Origin: Bacillota bacterium
GTDB taxonomy: Bacteria; Bacillota; Clostridia; SK-Y3
DNA: 64,000 bases
Reading direction: 5' to 3'
NCBI GenBank assembly: GCA_022360955.1
Contig: JAKSBV010000309.1
Span: forward strand, 6,053-70,052
How positions within the stretch are numbered: the stretch's first letter is position 1; every line of letters starts with the position of its first letter. The notes beneath the pieces were generated by a model. The model had not been told where the DNA came from. It ran no database searches and worked only from the letters and a program-made list of their open reading frames with translations. A program made the translations under genes and the position numbers. Shown here piece after piece: positions 17,051 to 25,947 of the stretch.

Positions 17051-18223
17051 CTAATAATACTCCATCCGGACTTCTTTCCCCATGCTTTCTAAACACTTGG
17101 CAATTTCTTTTACCAGCTTGAGCTTGATGCTCAAGTCCAAAGGAAGGTCCGGGTTCTGGTGGGCAGGGTTCATAGCCCTTCCAACAAAAAAATGTATCTT
17201 CGTGCCTTGCTCCAGCAAAATCTTCGCCATGCGGGAAGCACCGTCTTTTCGGTTTAGTTTGAGAATGTCTTTCATAGTACTTTGATCGGATTCATACATC
17301 TTTATATAGTCCAACGTTTTGCCCAAGGTCAGTACGCCCTCTGTGGCCAAATCTATGCCCTCTATTTCTGCGGTAGGCGGTATGGACGGATTAAAATAAT
17401 TAAAGTTTGTCACCATCGCCTTGCCCAATTCCCGGCTTACAATTTGTGAGGTCGTACCTCCGCACACAATTTTTTTGCCTTTTTCATCCATAAATCGGTT
17501 CACTACATAACGATCTTCGGACCTTTTCACCGGCGGTCCCACCATTACAGCCACTTGCAGCGGCTTCCTCACTTTGATGGCTACAACCGTAGTATCATCC
17601 CCGGGTTTTTGCATATATAGATTATCACAAACCGATAACAGCAGCTTTGCAATATTTTTTGCCGTCATTTCTTGTTTATACACCCTCTGAATATATTCTT
17701 TGACGTTATCCCACTGCCATCCTAAATTCAAGGTTCCTCCGATACCCGCGTGCATGACACCGTCACTGGTCATAATAAACATATCCCCGGGTACAACAGT
17801 GAACCGGCTCTCATTAATCACTTTGCCGTGAATGTTCCGCTGCTGCTTTTGCAGATCGGCAAAACAACCTTTTCTCACGAAAAATACGGAAGGATTGTCG
17901 AATTCCACCAGGTATGCATCACCCGTATTAAAAATCTGCAATATGGAAAACGTTGAATATGCGATCCCTCTTTCCTTACACTCCGGCAGCGTACTGGCAA
18001 TCGTTTCTACCGCTTCCTCGATATTTTCGCCGTTCACCAGCATTGTGCCTATAATCTTACTTGTCAGTGTGGCCAATATATTGGCTTTTACACCACTGCC
18101 CAATCCATCGGCCAGTACGACAATGACAGATTTTTCATTTCGCATGATTTCGATTTTATCACCGCATAATTCTTCATTGTATTTGTTCAAGCTTTCAAAG
18201 CTTGTTTCGACAAATAAGCTCAT
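17051..18223 (-). CDS. PP2C/SpoIIE-family serine phosphatase
   Basis: ELCGDKIEI...VLADGLGSGVKANILA and TSDGVMHAG motifs; ATGA overlap with the upstream hydrogenase-like gene. Confidence 0.85.
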   Translation of the reverse strand: MSLFVETSFESLNKYNEELCGDKIEIMRNEKSVIVVLADGLGSGVKANILATLTSKIIGTMLVNGENIEEAVETIASTLPECKERGIAYSTFSILQIFNTGDAYLVEFDNPSVFFVRKGCFADLQKQQRNIHGKVINESRFTVVPGDMFIMTSDGVMHAGIGGTLNLGWQWDNVKEYIQRVYKQEMTAKNIAKLLLSVCDNLYMQKPGDDTTVVAIKVRKPLQVAVMVGPPVKRSEDRYVVNRFMDEKGKKIVCGGTTSQIVSRELGKAMVTNFNYFNPSIPPTAEIEGIDLATEGVLTLGKTLDYIKMYESDQSTMKDILKLNRKDGASRMAKILLEQGTKIHFFVGRAMNPAHQNPDLPLDLSIKLKLVKEIAKCLESMGKEVRMEYY

Positions 18224-19941
18224 TTGTCCTCCCCTGCGTCCGCTAAAATTGAATGTTTAAGGTTGGTAAGCGCCATCTTGGTCTCTGCCGTTGTCTCTCC
18301 TAGCAGACTGGCGATTTCCTGTGCTACACGCATCTGCTTTTCAATGACCTTCTGAGCAATATCGACTGTTTCCGAACGCATCTTATACAATTGCCGCTGC
18401 TGTTTTTCTTCTTTGGACACATCTCTAATAAGGGCAATGATCAATTGTTGATCTTTAATGTATAGAATAGACTGTTCTACGGTCTTATTATATTTTTCAT
18501 AGTAGTATTTTCTATTCAAAATATTTTCGCCGGTCTCTTGGACACATTCAAAATCGGAACAATCCAATACATTATATATATGTTTTCCTACGATATCCTC
18601 TTGCCCTAATCGGAAAAGCTGTTGTGCCGCCGGGTTGAAAGTCTGTATACATAATTCCTCATTCAAGGCCAGAATCGCATTGGGTGTCGAATGTATAATG
18701 ATATTTGAAATAGATTCCGCCCTCTCTCTCATATAGGGCAAACACATGTGCAATTCCGCTTTATGGTGATATACGGCAATAGCTTTTTCTCTACAGGTGG
18801 AGTATCCGCAAGCACCGCAGTTCAGCTCTTTTGCCTGACTCGACTTCCCTATTTTGCCGAGTATTTCCCTTATTGTCTCTTCATCGGGCATGGGATAATT
18901 TTTGGACCTGTCGACAAAATGCTTGGATAAATCGACATTGATATCCGCAGCCACGGTGAGCTTTCCGTCTTTTCGACTGCTTTTTACATACTCAATCAGT
19001 TTTTCCCTCGCCTTTAACAAACCGCCCTTAATCGGTTTGATGCAGGAACCTCCCAGGCAGCTTCCCTCACATGCATTCATCTCAACAAAATGTTCGGTGA
19101 TTTCGCCTTCTGCCATTGCGCCCAAGACGTGTATGCACCGCTCTATGCCGTCTATGCTTACACATCTGTATTTTGTGCCTCTGTCCTTGCTCAATGTTTT
19201 GATAATGCCGCCGGGCGCCGGATAAAATCTCGCGATTTCATTTTTAAAGCCCTTTATCTCTCCGGCATTGTCGGCGTCCAAATCGACACCTTCACTTTCC
19301 ATCCAATCGGCCAGTTCTTCAAAAGTAATAATGGCATCTACTGCGCCTTCGTGCTGCAAATCGTTGCACTCCGCCTTTTTAGACAAACAGGGCCCTATAA
19401 ACACCACTTTGATTCTTGGTCCATAGACTGCACGCATCATTTTGGCATGTGCGATCATAGGCGATACAACCGGGGCCATTTGTTCAATGAGCACCGGATA
19501 ATATCTTTCAATTAATGAAACAGCCGTGGGACATGCCGTCGTGATGATATTCTTCATTTGACCCTGCTTTAAAAGCCTTTGATATTCTTTTGTTACCTGG
19601 GCCGCACCTATCGCCGTTTCTTCCACATGGGTAAAACCCCAATTTTTTAAAACCGCAAATATTTTTCTGTTATCCTGCATTGAGAAAACTGAAACAAAGG
19701 AAGGTGCAAGACTGACATACACCTTTTCTTTCTTCTCTATATAGGCCTTGACTTTGTCAATATCACTTCGGACACTCTTTGCATTCTGCGGACATACCCG
19801 CAAACACTTGCCGCACAATACGCATTCATCCTCTACGATTTGCGCCTGTTCTTCATTAAAAGTGATGGCATTCACGGGGCAGCTGCGAATACATTTATAA
19901 CAATTTTTGCAATTAGCCTTTTTAAATCGAATAATCCCCAC
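18220..19941 (-). CDS. sensory-type [FeFe]-hydrogenase-like protein with PAS domain (HydS-like, group C)
   Basis: two N-terminal 4Fe-4S ferredoxin motifs; H-cluster motifs TTACPTAV (Ala in place of the proton-relay Cys), GPCLSKKAE, EMNACEGSCLGGS; extra CGACGYSTC...C cluster motif; C-terminal PAS. Start set at GTG 19941 behind GGGGAGG. Confidence 0.85.
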   Translation of the reverse strand: MGIIRFKKANCKNCYKCIRSCPVNAITFNEEQAQIVEDECVLCGKCLRVCPQNAKSVRSDIDKVKAYIEKKEKVYVSLAPSFVSVFSMQDNRKIFAVLKNWGFTHVEETAIGAAQVTKEYQRLLKQGQMKNIITTACPTAVSLIERYYPVLIEQMAPVVSPMIAHAKMMRAVYGPRIKVVFIGPCLSKKAECNDLQHEGAVDAIITFEELADWMESEGVDLDADNAGEIKGFKNEIARFYPAPGGIIKTLSKDRGTKYRCVSIDGIERCIHVLGAMAEGEITEHFVEMNACEGSCLGGSCIKPIKGGLLKAREKLIEYVKSSRKDGKLTVAADINVDLSKHFVDRSKNYPMPDEETIREILGKIGKSSQAKELNCGACGYSTCREKAIAVYHHKAELHMCLPYMRERAESISNIIIHSTPNAILALNEELCIQTFNPAAQQLFRLGQEDIVGKHIYNVLDCSDFECVQETGENILNRKYYYEKYNKTVEQSILYIKDQQLIIALIRDVSKEEKQQRQLYKMRSETVDIAQKVIEKQMRVAQEIASLLGETTAETKMALTNLKHSILADAGEDK

Positions 19942-19942
19942 G

Positions 19943-20188
19943 CTATAACCTCCCCAGAATACACTCTTTGAACTTTTCTTCAACATTCGATACCGTAATC
20001 CCTTCAATGAAGTCGTTTTCTACCTTGACGGAAACACCCTGCGTACAATGTCCCAGACAAAAAGAAGCCTTTAGTTCAATCTTCTGCTCCAGTCCGTATT
20101 CCTTTATAAGCCTTTGGAATGTTTGTATAATGTGATGGGAACCTTTTAGGTGACATGAGCTCCCCACACATATATAAACCTGCAGCAT
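19943..20188 (-). CDS. thioredoxin-like [2Fe-2S] ferredoxin domain protein
   Basis: CVGSSC...CLGHC cysteine pattern (NuoE/HndA-like); start at ATG 20188 behind GGGGGTG. Confidence 0.7.
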   Translation of the reverse strand: MLQVYICVGSSCHLKGSHHIIQTFQRLIKEYGLEQKIELKASFCLGHCTQGVSVKVENDFIEGITVSNVEEKFKECILGRL

Positions 20189-20231
20189 AACAGGCACCCC
20201 CAGTATAAACAAAATTGACCGGCGTCAATTG

Positions 20232-20249
20232 TTGTTAAATATTTAACGA
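20232..20249. promoter_or_regulatory. Rex-like operator upstream of the ferredoxin/HydS/PP2C operon
   Basis: TTGTTAAATATTTAACGA, 17 of 18 matches to TTGTTAAnnnnTTAACAA; 44 bp upstream of the first start codon. Confidence 0.55.
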
Positions 20250-20402
20250 TTATTATTATAAAATACTGTTAAATCATTGTCAATGACATAGAAACTATTA
20301 TTGATACGGTTTTTGTATAAATTATTATTTAGATACGGTTTTTCAAGCAAAAACACCCCACTTCTTCAGGCAGGGTAATTGATCTCATTATAAAAATCAA
20401 AT

Positions 20403-20750
20403 TTAATCAAAAAATTTCCCCTTATAAAAATTCTCATTGCCAAGTTTCTTTGCCGTCAGTCTGAACATGACGCAGCCATCTGGACATACAATGTCCTTGC
20501 TATATTTATCATTGCCGCCAATGTTCTCTAAATCTCCGCCACTTCTAACCGACTCCATGATTGGGAACATACTCATCATAACCTTGGAACAGATACCTTG
20601 TCCATCCGAATTTGTGGGACAGCCATAGGTGCAGGTATACTTATCCCCCACTTCCTCACCGTTTCGGCAGTACCGCTCTGTGCGGTCACTGCGAAGAAAC
20701 CCAGTTACCTCAATCTCAAATTCGTACTCCTCATCATACCATTTTTTCAT
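20403..20750 (-). CDS. TIGR04076-like small cysteine-rich protein
   Basis: GDKYTCTYGCP...ICSKVMMSMFPIMESVRSGGDL...VCPDGCVMFRL pattern as remembered for TIGR04076; strong RBS GGAGG. Confidence 0.55.
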   Translation of the reverse strand: MKKWYDEEYEFEIEVTGFLRSDRTERYCRNGEEVGDKYTCTYGCPTNSDGQGICSKVMMSMFPIMESVRSGGDLENIGGNDKYSKDIVCPDGCVMFRLTAKKLGNENFYKGKFFD

Positions 20751-20787
20751 GATTAACCTCCAAATTCTAATTTATCGAACAGTTTAA

Positions 20788-20890
20788 TAAAGATAACCAA
20801 CTTTAAACTTAAAAACATTATTTATATAAACAACGATGATTCTACGTTTTTTATGTAAATATAAATTCAATTTTAAAGTTGGATATCTAT
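20788..20890. mobile_element. MITE-A repeat, full copy
   Basis: TAAAGATAACCAACTTTAAAC ... TTTTAAAGTTGGATATCTAT; 38 bp upstream of the start at 20750. Confidence 0.8.
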
Positions 20891-21121
20891 GAACAACTCA
20901 CTCGCATAATAATAGGATTGTTCAAACTTTATATGCTTATTATACATAATTGATGGATTATACGTCCAGTAATTATGTAAATAAAATTAAATTTATACAA
21001 ATATCGGTTTTCTTCTCTTAACATCCTTTACCATCGTATAGAATGCTCCCCTATACGATTATCATATAGACGTTCCAATTCGTTAGAAGTCATCCTGCCT
21101 GTGCATAATAACTCTATAACA

Positions 21122-21613
21122 TTAACATTTTTCCCAACACAACACTTCTTTCAAGCTTTTTTTGGGCGGATTGCCCTCTTGCTCCGGATACCCTATTGCA
21201 ATCAAAGATATGAGCTTATCATTTTCCGCTGCATTGAGGTATTCCGCAACCTCTTGTGCATAAAGCTTTTTATGACCGGCTACCCAGCATGAACCCAACC
21301 CATGGGCTTTGGCGGCCAATAAAATATTCTGTGTCGCAGCAGCACCGTCTTCCAGCATATACTTCGTATCTTCACACAAAACGGCTACACACACAGGTGC
21401 CTGGGCAATAAATCTGCCGTACTCACAAATATCCGCAATATGTTTTCTTCTTTCTTCTTCCGTAACCACAACAAACTTCCACGGCTGTCTATTCAGGGCC
21501 GTAGCCGCCAGTCTGCCGCAGTCGATAATATCCTCAATCACTTCTTTAGGTACGGATTTCGGCAGATATTTCCTTACGCTTCTTCTTTCCTTTAAGACTT
21601 TTAATGCCTCCAT
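21122..21613 (-). CDS. nitroreductase family protein
   Basis: LKERRSVRKY, NRQPWKFVVV motifs; start at ATG 21613 behind AGGAGG. Confidence 0.9.
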   Translation of the reverse strand: MEALKVLKERRSVRKYLPKSVPKEVIEDIIDCGRLAATALNRQPWKFVVVTEEERRKHIADICEYGRFIAQAPVCVAVLCEDTKYMLEDGAAATQNILLAAKAHGLGSCWVAGHKKLYAQEVAEYLNAAENDKLISLIAIGYPEQEGNPPKKSLKEVLCWEKC

Positions 21614-21668
21614 ACTATAGCCTCCTTTATACATAGGGGGTAACATCCCTCTCCCACCCCCGATTATT

Positions 21669-22124
21669 TTACGGCTCTATCGTGATTCTCTTATCACAAA
21701 CCATTTGCTGCCTGGAGCTATTAACGATGATTTTTCCGTTAACAACGGGATTGCTTTCTTCTCCAACCCTATATTCTCCTTCGAAAAAATTGTCATCTGC
21801 CATGATGTCACCTAGCGTACCATCATTTCTTAAGAGAATTTCTCCCGGTTGATTGGCGATTCTTGCAACGATTGTGCTTGATTTTGCCAGAGGTATTGCC
21901 GGGTTATAATGCTCAACTTCTACCGTAATACGCACGGTATCCCCCTTTTTCAAGGGGCGTTCGGCGTTATGGGTTATACCCTTGATATAGATGTCCTGCG
22001 TCTCAAAGGAGAGACTAACCGAAGAGGCCGCTTGTTGGGCAACCTTGGTGCCGGCCGTTCTTTCACAAGCCGTTAATAACAGCATACACACAATCAATAA
22101 TACTTTTCCATAATATTTTTGCAT
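21669..22124 (-). CDS. hypothetical lipoprotein
   Basis: MQKYYGKVLLIVCMLLLTAC lipobox; start at ATG 22124. Confidence 0.6.
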   Translation of the reverse strand: MQKYYGKVLLIVCMLLLTACERTAGTKVAQQAASSVSLSFETQDIYIKGITHNAERPLKKGDTVRITVEVEHYNPAIPLAKSSTIVARIANQPGEILLRNDGTLGDIMADDNFFEGEYRVGEESNPVVNGKIIVNSSRQQMVCDKRITIEP

Positions 22125-22198
22125 ACTGCCCTTTCCCCCTTCTTTCATGCCGGTATCCTTCACACCCATTATAGGTTAACGCACACTCACATTAGAGG

Positions 22199-22501
22199 TA
22201 TCATTCTATGGACCGGAGATCGGAGGTCAGAAGGCGGAGGTCGGAATCTGACCCAACAGGAGCACAAAGTAATCAACAGCAAGGTGGCATGAACGGTAGG
22301 CGGTTCATTCTCACCCCTCATCTCTCAGCCCTCAACTACTTTTTAGCCTTGGAATATCAGTTGTTGGATACTGAACTTTAAAATTGAATTTATATTTGAA
22401 CAAACAATGTAGAACCCTCATTGTTTGTTTAAATGAATTTTAAGGTATAAAGTTCGGTATCTTTGTTGGAATCATTTTCTTCACCCAGCATTTATACACC
22501 C
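22199..22501 (+). mobile_element. F-element lacking a recognisable alpha terminus and interrupted by a MITE-A copy
   Basis: arm1 GGAGATCGGAGGTCAGAAGGCGGAGGTCGGAAT, core CAGGAGCACAAAGTAATCAACAGCAAGGTGG, arm2 ...CTCTCAGCCCTCAAC and beta repeat TTGTTGGAATCATTTTCTTCACCCAGCATTTATACACCC align with 46493-46728. Confidence 0.7.
22367..22464. mobile_element. MITE-A repeat nested inside the F-element beta repeat
   Basis: GATACTGAACTTTAAAA ... ATAAAGTTCGGTATC splits CCTTGGAATATCAGTTGTTG / TTGTTGGAATCATTTTC, which is contiguous in the copy at 46676-46705. Confidence 0.75.
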
Positions 22502-23538
22502 GCATGGGACCCTTTCATTCTATCTTTTGCAATATAGATGATAATATCTTCTTTTTGTACGACTCTATCCTTATCAGGATTTACCATGATTTCGCCATTG
22601 GCAATTCCTAAAATAACCGCATCGAATTGCTCAATATATTTACAGACCAAATCTTTAAAGGTCAGTCCTACATCTTCGTCTCTCACACCGCACTCGTAGA
22701 GCTCATTGCCATAAGTGCTGGTCAGAAGTTCCTTTAACGCATGGCTGACATTTTTATATAAGGCGCTTCTCACCATGATTCTGCTGCTCATTTGATTACT
22801 GATAATGATATCATCCACATTGGCCCTGTCAAAATGGGACACATTTTCTTCATTGAGCACTTCTGCAATCAGATGAATACGGGTGTTCAGTTTGTCAACA
22901 GCCAGACATATCAAAACCGTCTTGGCATCTTCCATCCCTTCGCTCACCAGCTTTTCATCTGCAACCACAATGACCGTATTGGCAAACTGAACGTTGGCCT
23001 TTCTTAAAGTCTCATCTTTTGTCGGATCTCCATGTACAAAATAGGCATTGGGATAGTCCAAATCCAGCCTTTCCCGTTCATCAATTACAACAATTTCTAA
23101 GGCCCGGTCGTCCTGCGCCAATTCGTGTACAATGGTTTTACTTTTATTATTCCAGCCGATGACAACAATATGGTCTTTAATCTTTACATCCACCAGTCCC
23201 ATCCCTTTCTTTAATCTATTCTCAACAAAAATTGATGCTACCGCAGCGGTAATAAAGCCAAAAGCACTTATTCCTATCAGCATCAGTATGGTCGCGATGA
23301 TGCGTCCGGCTAATGTCACTGGAAAATAATCGCCATATCCTACCGTAGTAGAAGTCACAAACCCCCACCAAAATGCATCCCCTACACCCAGATCGGGATT
23401 CACAGGACTCTCAAAATAATAATATGCGCTGGAACATATAATTAGACTTATCAGCCCCACAACCAACAGTTTATAAATATTGCCTTTTTCAAAGGATATG
23501 TGCAGTGCTTTAATCACATTAATAAAAATCGATAACAT
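22492..23538 (-). CDS. potassium channel with RCK/TrkA-N domain
   Basis: TTVGYGD selectivity filter followed by an RCK domain (HIVVIGWNNKS); start at ATG 23538, because the track N-terminus translates a tandem repeat; the last codons GV-stop come from the repeat. Confidence 0.85.
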   Translation of the reverse strand: MLSIFINVIKALHISFEKGNIYKLLVVGLISLIICSSAYYYFESPVNPDLGVGDAFWWGFVTSTTVGYGDYFPVTLAGRIIATILMLIGISAFGFITAAVASIFVENRLKKGMGLVDVKIKDHIVVIGWNNKSKTIVHELAQDDRALEIVVIDERERLDLDYPNAYFVHGDPTKDETLRKANVQFANTVIVVADEKLVSEGMEDAKTVLICLAVDKLNTRIHLIAEVLNEENVSHFDRANVDDIIISNQMSSRIMVRSALYKNVSHALKELLTSTYGNELYECGVRDEDVGLTFKDLVCKYIEQFDAVILGIANGEIMVNPDKDRVVQKEDIIIYIAKDRMKGSHAGV

Positions 23539-23561
23539 AGCGTAACTTGTCACCCCTTTTT

Positions 23562-23602
23562 TTAGTTGATAGTTGACAGCTGACAGTTGACAGTTAGTAA
23601 CC
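23562..23602 (+). repeat. AGTTGACAG-type word array
   Basis: TTAGTTGATAGTTGACAGCTGACAGTTGACAGTTAGTAACC. Confidence 0.65.
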
Positions 23603-23690
23603 GGTGGGTTTTCCACTTTTTCTACCGGTTACAGACCACACCTATCACTATAAGTTTTATAGAACACTCTGCAAAAATTTTTTTGCATGT

Positions 23691-23715
23691 TTAACTACCC
23701 ACTACCCACTAATCA
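23691..23715 (-). repeat. AGTGGGT-type purine word array immediately 3' of the spermidine-synthase-like gene
   Basis: minus strand TGATTAGTGGGTAGTGGGTAGTTAA, directly after TAG at 23716-23718. Confidence 0.65.
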
Positions 23716-25248
23716 CTATCTCCCCCAAGCTTTCTGATAATATTGCAGCAGCACGGGATTGGTCAAACTGTTTATTTCCACTTGATCATAGGCAGTCTGT
23801 TCATCTTTGCCAAATTCAAATGCGGCTTTTGCTACATCGCTACTGAGGTATCGTGTGGGCACGGTAATATCAATACGGTCCTTTGACAAGGGTCTGTTGG
23901 ATGCCAGCGTAAAGCCCCAGTCCCCAAACGAGGGCACATTGATATGATATCCCGAGGTATAAAAACCTTCCGACGCAACGGTCTTTCTAATGCACCAATA
24001 GGCTTCGTTTGCATAATAGGGGCTGGTAGACTGAATGGCTGCGGTTCCGCCGTCACTCAGCCGCTTATATAGGAGCCTATAAAATAAATTGGTGTACAAT
24101 TTATTTAACGATTCGTTATTCGGGTCCGGCAGGTCTACAATAATGACATCGAAACGCTCTTGAGAGGTTTCAAGGTATTTGTAAGCATCCCCATTTATAA
24201 CCTCCACCTTGTCGTGCCGCAAAGCATTCTCGTTAAGCTGTTTAACCAACGGATTTTCTCTGCAAAATGCTACGACCTCAGGGTCTAAATCCACCAGCAC
24301 AATACGTTTAACCTGATCGTATTTAAGCAGTTCCCTGGCGGCCATTCCGTCACCGCCACCTAATATCAATACGTTTTCCTGTTGGGCTGCAAGGCTCATT
24401 GCAGGATGTACCAGGGCTTCATGATAACGATATTCATCCAGAGAGCTAAACTGAATATTCCCATCTAAAAACAAGCGCAAATCATCCCGATGTTTGGTAA
24501 CAACCATTTTCTGATACGCAGTTTGTTTGCTGTAGATAATTTGATCTCTATAGAAGCTGTCTTCTATCAGATCTGCGGTATAATCCCCTGTGATAAATCC
24601 TATTAATATAATCAAAGCAAATATGACAGCAAGTGTTTTCATCAACACAATGTTTTTTATAAACTTTTGGTATTTAAATATAACAATCATGGCAACCCCA
24701 ATATTCACCAGACCTATTAAAAAAGCCGTCCTGATTTCACCAAGATTGGGGAGTAATATAAGGGGAAATGCCAATGAGCCTAACAAGGCTCCGATATAGT
24801 CAAAGCTCAACACATTGGCAATTGTAAGCCGAAGATTATTCTCTTTCTCTTCAATAATACGTGTAATAAGCGGTATCTCCAGTCCTACCAATATGCCAAT
24901 GATAATAATCGTAAGGTACATGACCAAGTAATACATATTTATAAAAGCGTAGGAGGCAAACAGCAGTATGGCAGACAGTCCACCGACCAGGCCAATGGAT
25001 AGTTCTACCGCCACAAATGTATCAAAAAGGTTACGGCGAAATCGTTTTGATAAATAGGACCCTATGCCCATTGCGCTCATAAACAAACCGATCGTAATCG
25101 AATACTGCTTGACGCTGTTTCCTAATAAATAAGAACTGATGGCCCCTATAATTAACTCATAAATAATACCGCAAATTGCTATCATAAAAATGGCAAATAA
25201 AAGCGGAGCCGCATCAATATGTTTTTGTTCTTTTTTTTCCTGTGTCAT
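23716..25248 (-). CDS. membrane-anchored spermidine synthase-like polyamine aminopropyltransferase
   Basis: about 7 N-terminal TM helices then LILGGGDGMAARELLKY, VDLDPEVV, DLPDP motifs of the SpeE fold; start at ATG 25248 behind AAGGAG. Confidence 0.85.
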   Translation of the reverse strand: MTQEKKEQKHIDAAPLLFAIFMIAICGIIYELIIGAISSYLLGNSVKQYSITIGLFMSAMGIGSYLSKRFRRNLFDTFVAVELSIGLVGGLSAILLFASYAFINMYYLVMYLTIIIIGILVGLEIPLITRIIEEKENNLRLTIANVLSFDYIGALLGSLAFPLILLPNLGEIRTAFLIGLVNIGVAMIVIFKYQKFIKNIVLMKTLAVIFALIILIGFITGDYTADLIEDSFYRDQIIYSKQTAYQKMVVTKHRDDLRLFLDGNIQFSSLDEYRYHEALVHPAMSLAAQQENVLILGGGDGMAARELLKYDQVKRIVLVDLDPEVVAFCRENPLVKQLNENALRHDKVEVINGDAYKYLETSQERFDVIIVDLPDPNNESLNKLYTNLFYRLLYKRLSDGGTAAIQSTSPYYANEAYWCIRKTVASEGFYTSGYHINVPSFGDWGFTLASNRPLSKDRIDITVPTRYLSSDVAKAAFEFGKDEQTAYDQVEINSLTNPVLLQYYQKAWGR

Positions 25249-25422
25249 AGACAATCTCCTTAAACAGAAAAGCATAAACGCCTAGTATCAAACCATTTTT
25301 CGGGTCTTTGCTCTTTCCTCTTCCGATATAATTCCTGAAAATTTATAAATACACTCGGCAGTGATAAAGAGTAGGAGCTGAAAAAGCACTGCGCTCTTCC
25401 AACTCCCCCCACATTCCCTCTT

Positions 25423-25617
25423 TTACAGTATCACCGCACTGACCACAATGGCTACCCCTATAAATATGCCTGCAACCGCTAACCCGGCCGCTATATTGTG
25501 ATCGTCAATTTCCTTATTTAAATCAAAGGGTGTAATCATATCAAACAGCTTATATCCCAAAGCACAAAAAATCATTCCGATTGCAAAATAGACAATGGTT
25601 GAAATAATTGGATTCAT
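25423..25617 (-). CDS. DUF350 domain membrane protein
   Basis: 64 aa, two TM helices, FDLNKEIDDHNIAAGLAVAG motif. Confidence 0.75.
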   Translation of the reverse strand: MNPIISTIVYFAIGMIFCALGYKLFDMITPFDLNKEIDDHNIAAGLAVAGIFIGVAIVVSAVIL

Positions 25618-25649
25618 TTCCCTCCGACCTCCTTTTCAGTTTCGATGTA

Positions 25650-25856
25650 TTATGCTATTGCTGCCTTAATAATAATGGCCGTAGCAATAAATATGCCTGC
25701 AATTACAGCGCCTATGGCAGGGTTCTTTTCTTTAATTTCTTCGGCAAAATTATAAGGTGTAATCCAATCAAAAAACTTATACCCCACAAGCATTAACGCT
25801 AATGACAACAACGCATACACAATGGTAGCTAAAAACTCATTTGCAAGTATATCCAT
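25650..25856 (-). CDS. DUF350 domain membrane protein
   Basis: paralog of the neighbouring gene (YNFAEEIKEKNPAIGAVIAG); start at ATG 25856 behind AAAGGGGA. Confidence 0.75.
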   Translation of the reverse strand: MDILANEFLATIVYALLSLALMLVGYKFFDWITPYNFAEEIKEKNPAIGAVIAGIFIATAIIIKAAIA

Positions 25857-25947
25857 ATCACTGTCCCCTTTCTTTATGCAATAAGGTGTTGGAAATGTGG
25901 AATGGCGGTACGATGACAACCTGCCCACGACCAACTACCCTCAAAAC

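Noticed and set aside
23539-23616. N-terminal extensions in the ORF track, for example the K+ channel MENPPVTNCQLSAVNYQLKK. Others are at 11536-11589, 21614-21646, 22125-22169, 27907-27966, 44335-44397 and 45027-45098
   Set aside because: The extensions translate tandem-repeat or intergenic DNA and start at non-ATG codons without an RBS. Internal ATG or GTG starts have canonical Shine-Dalgarno sequences and give family-typical N-termini.
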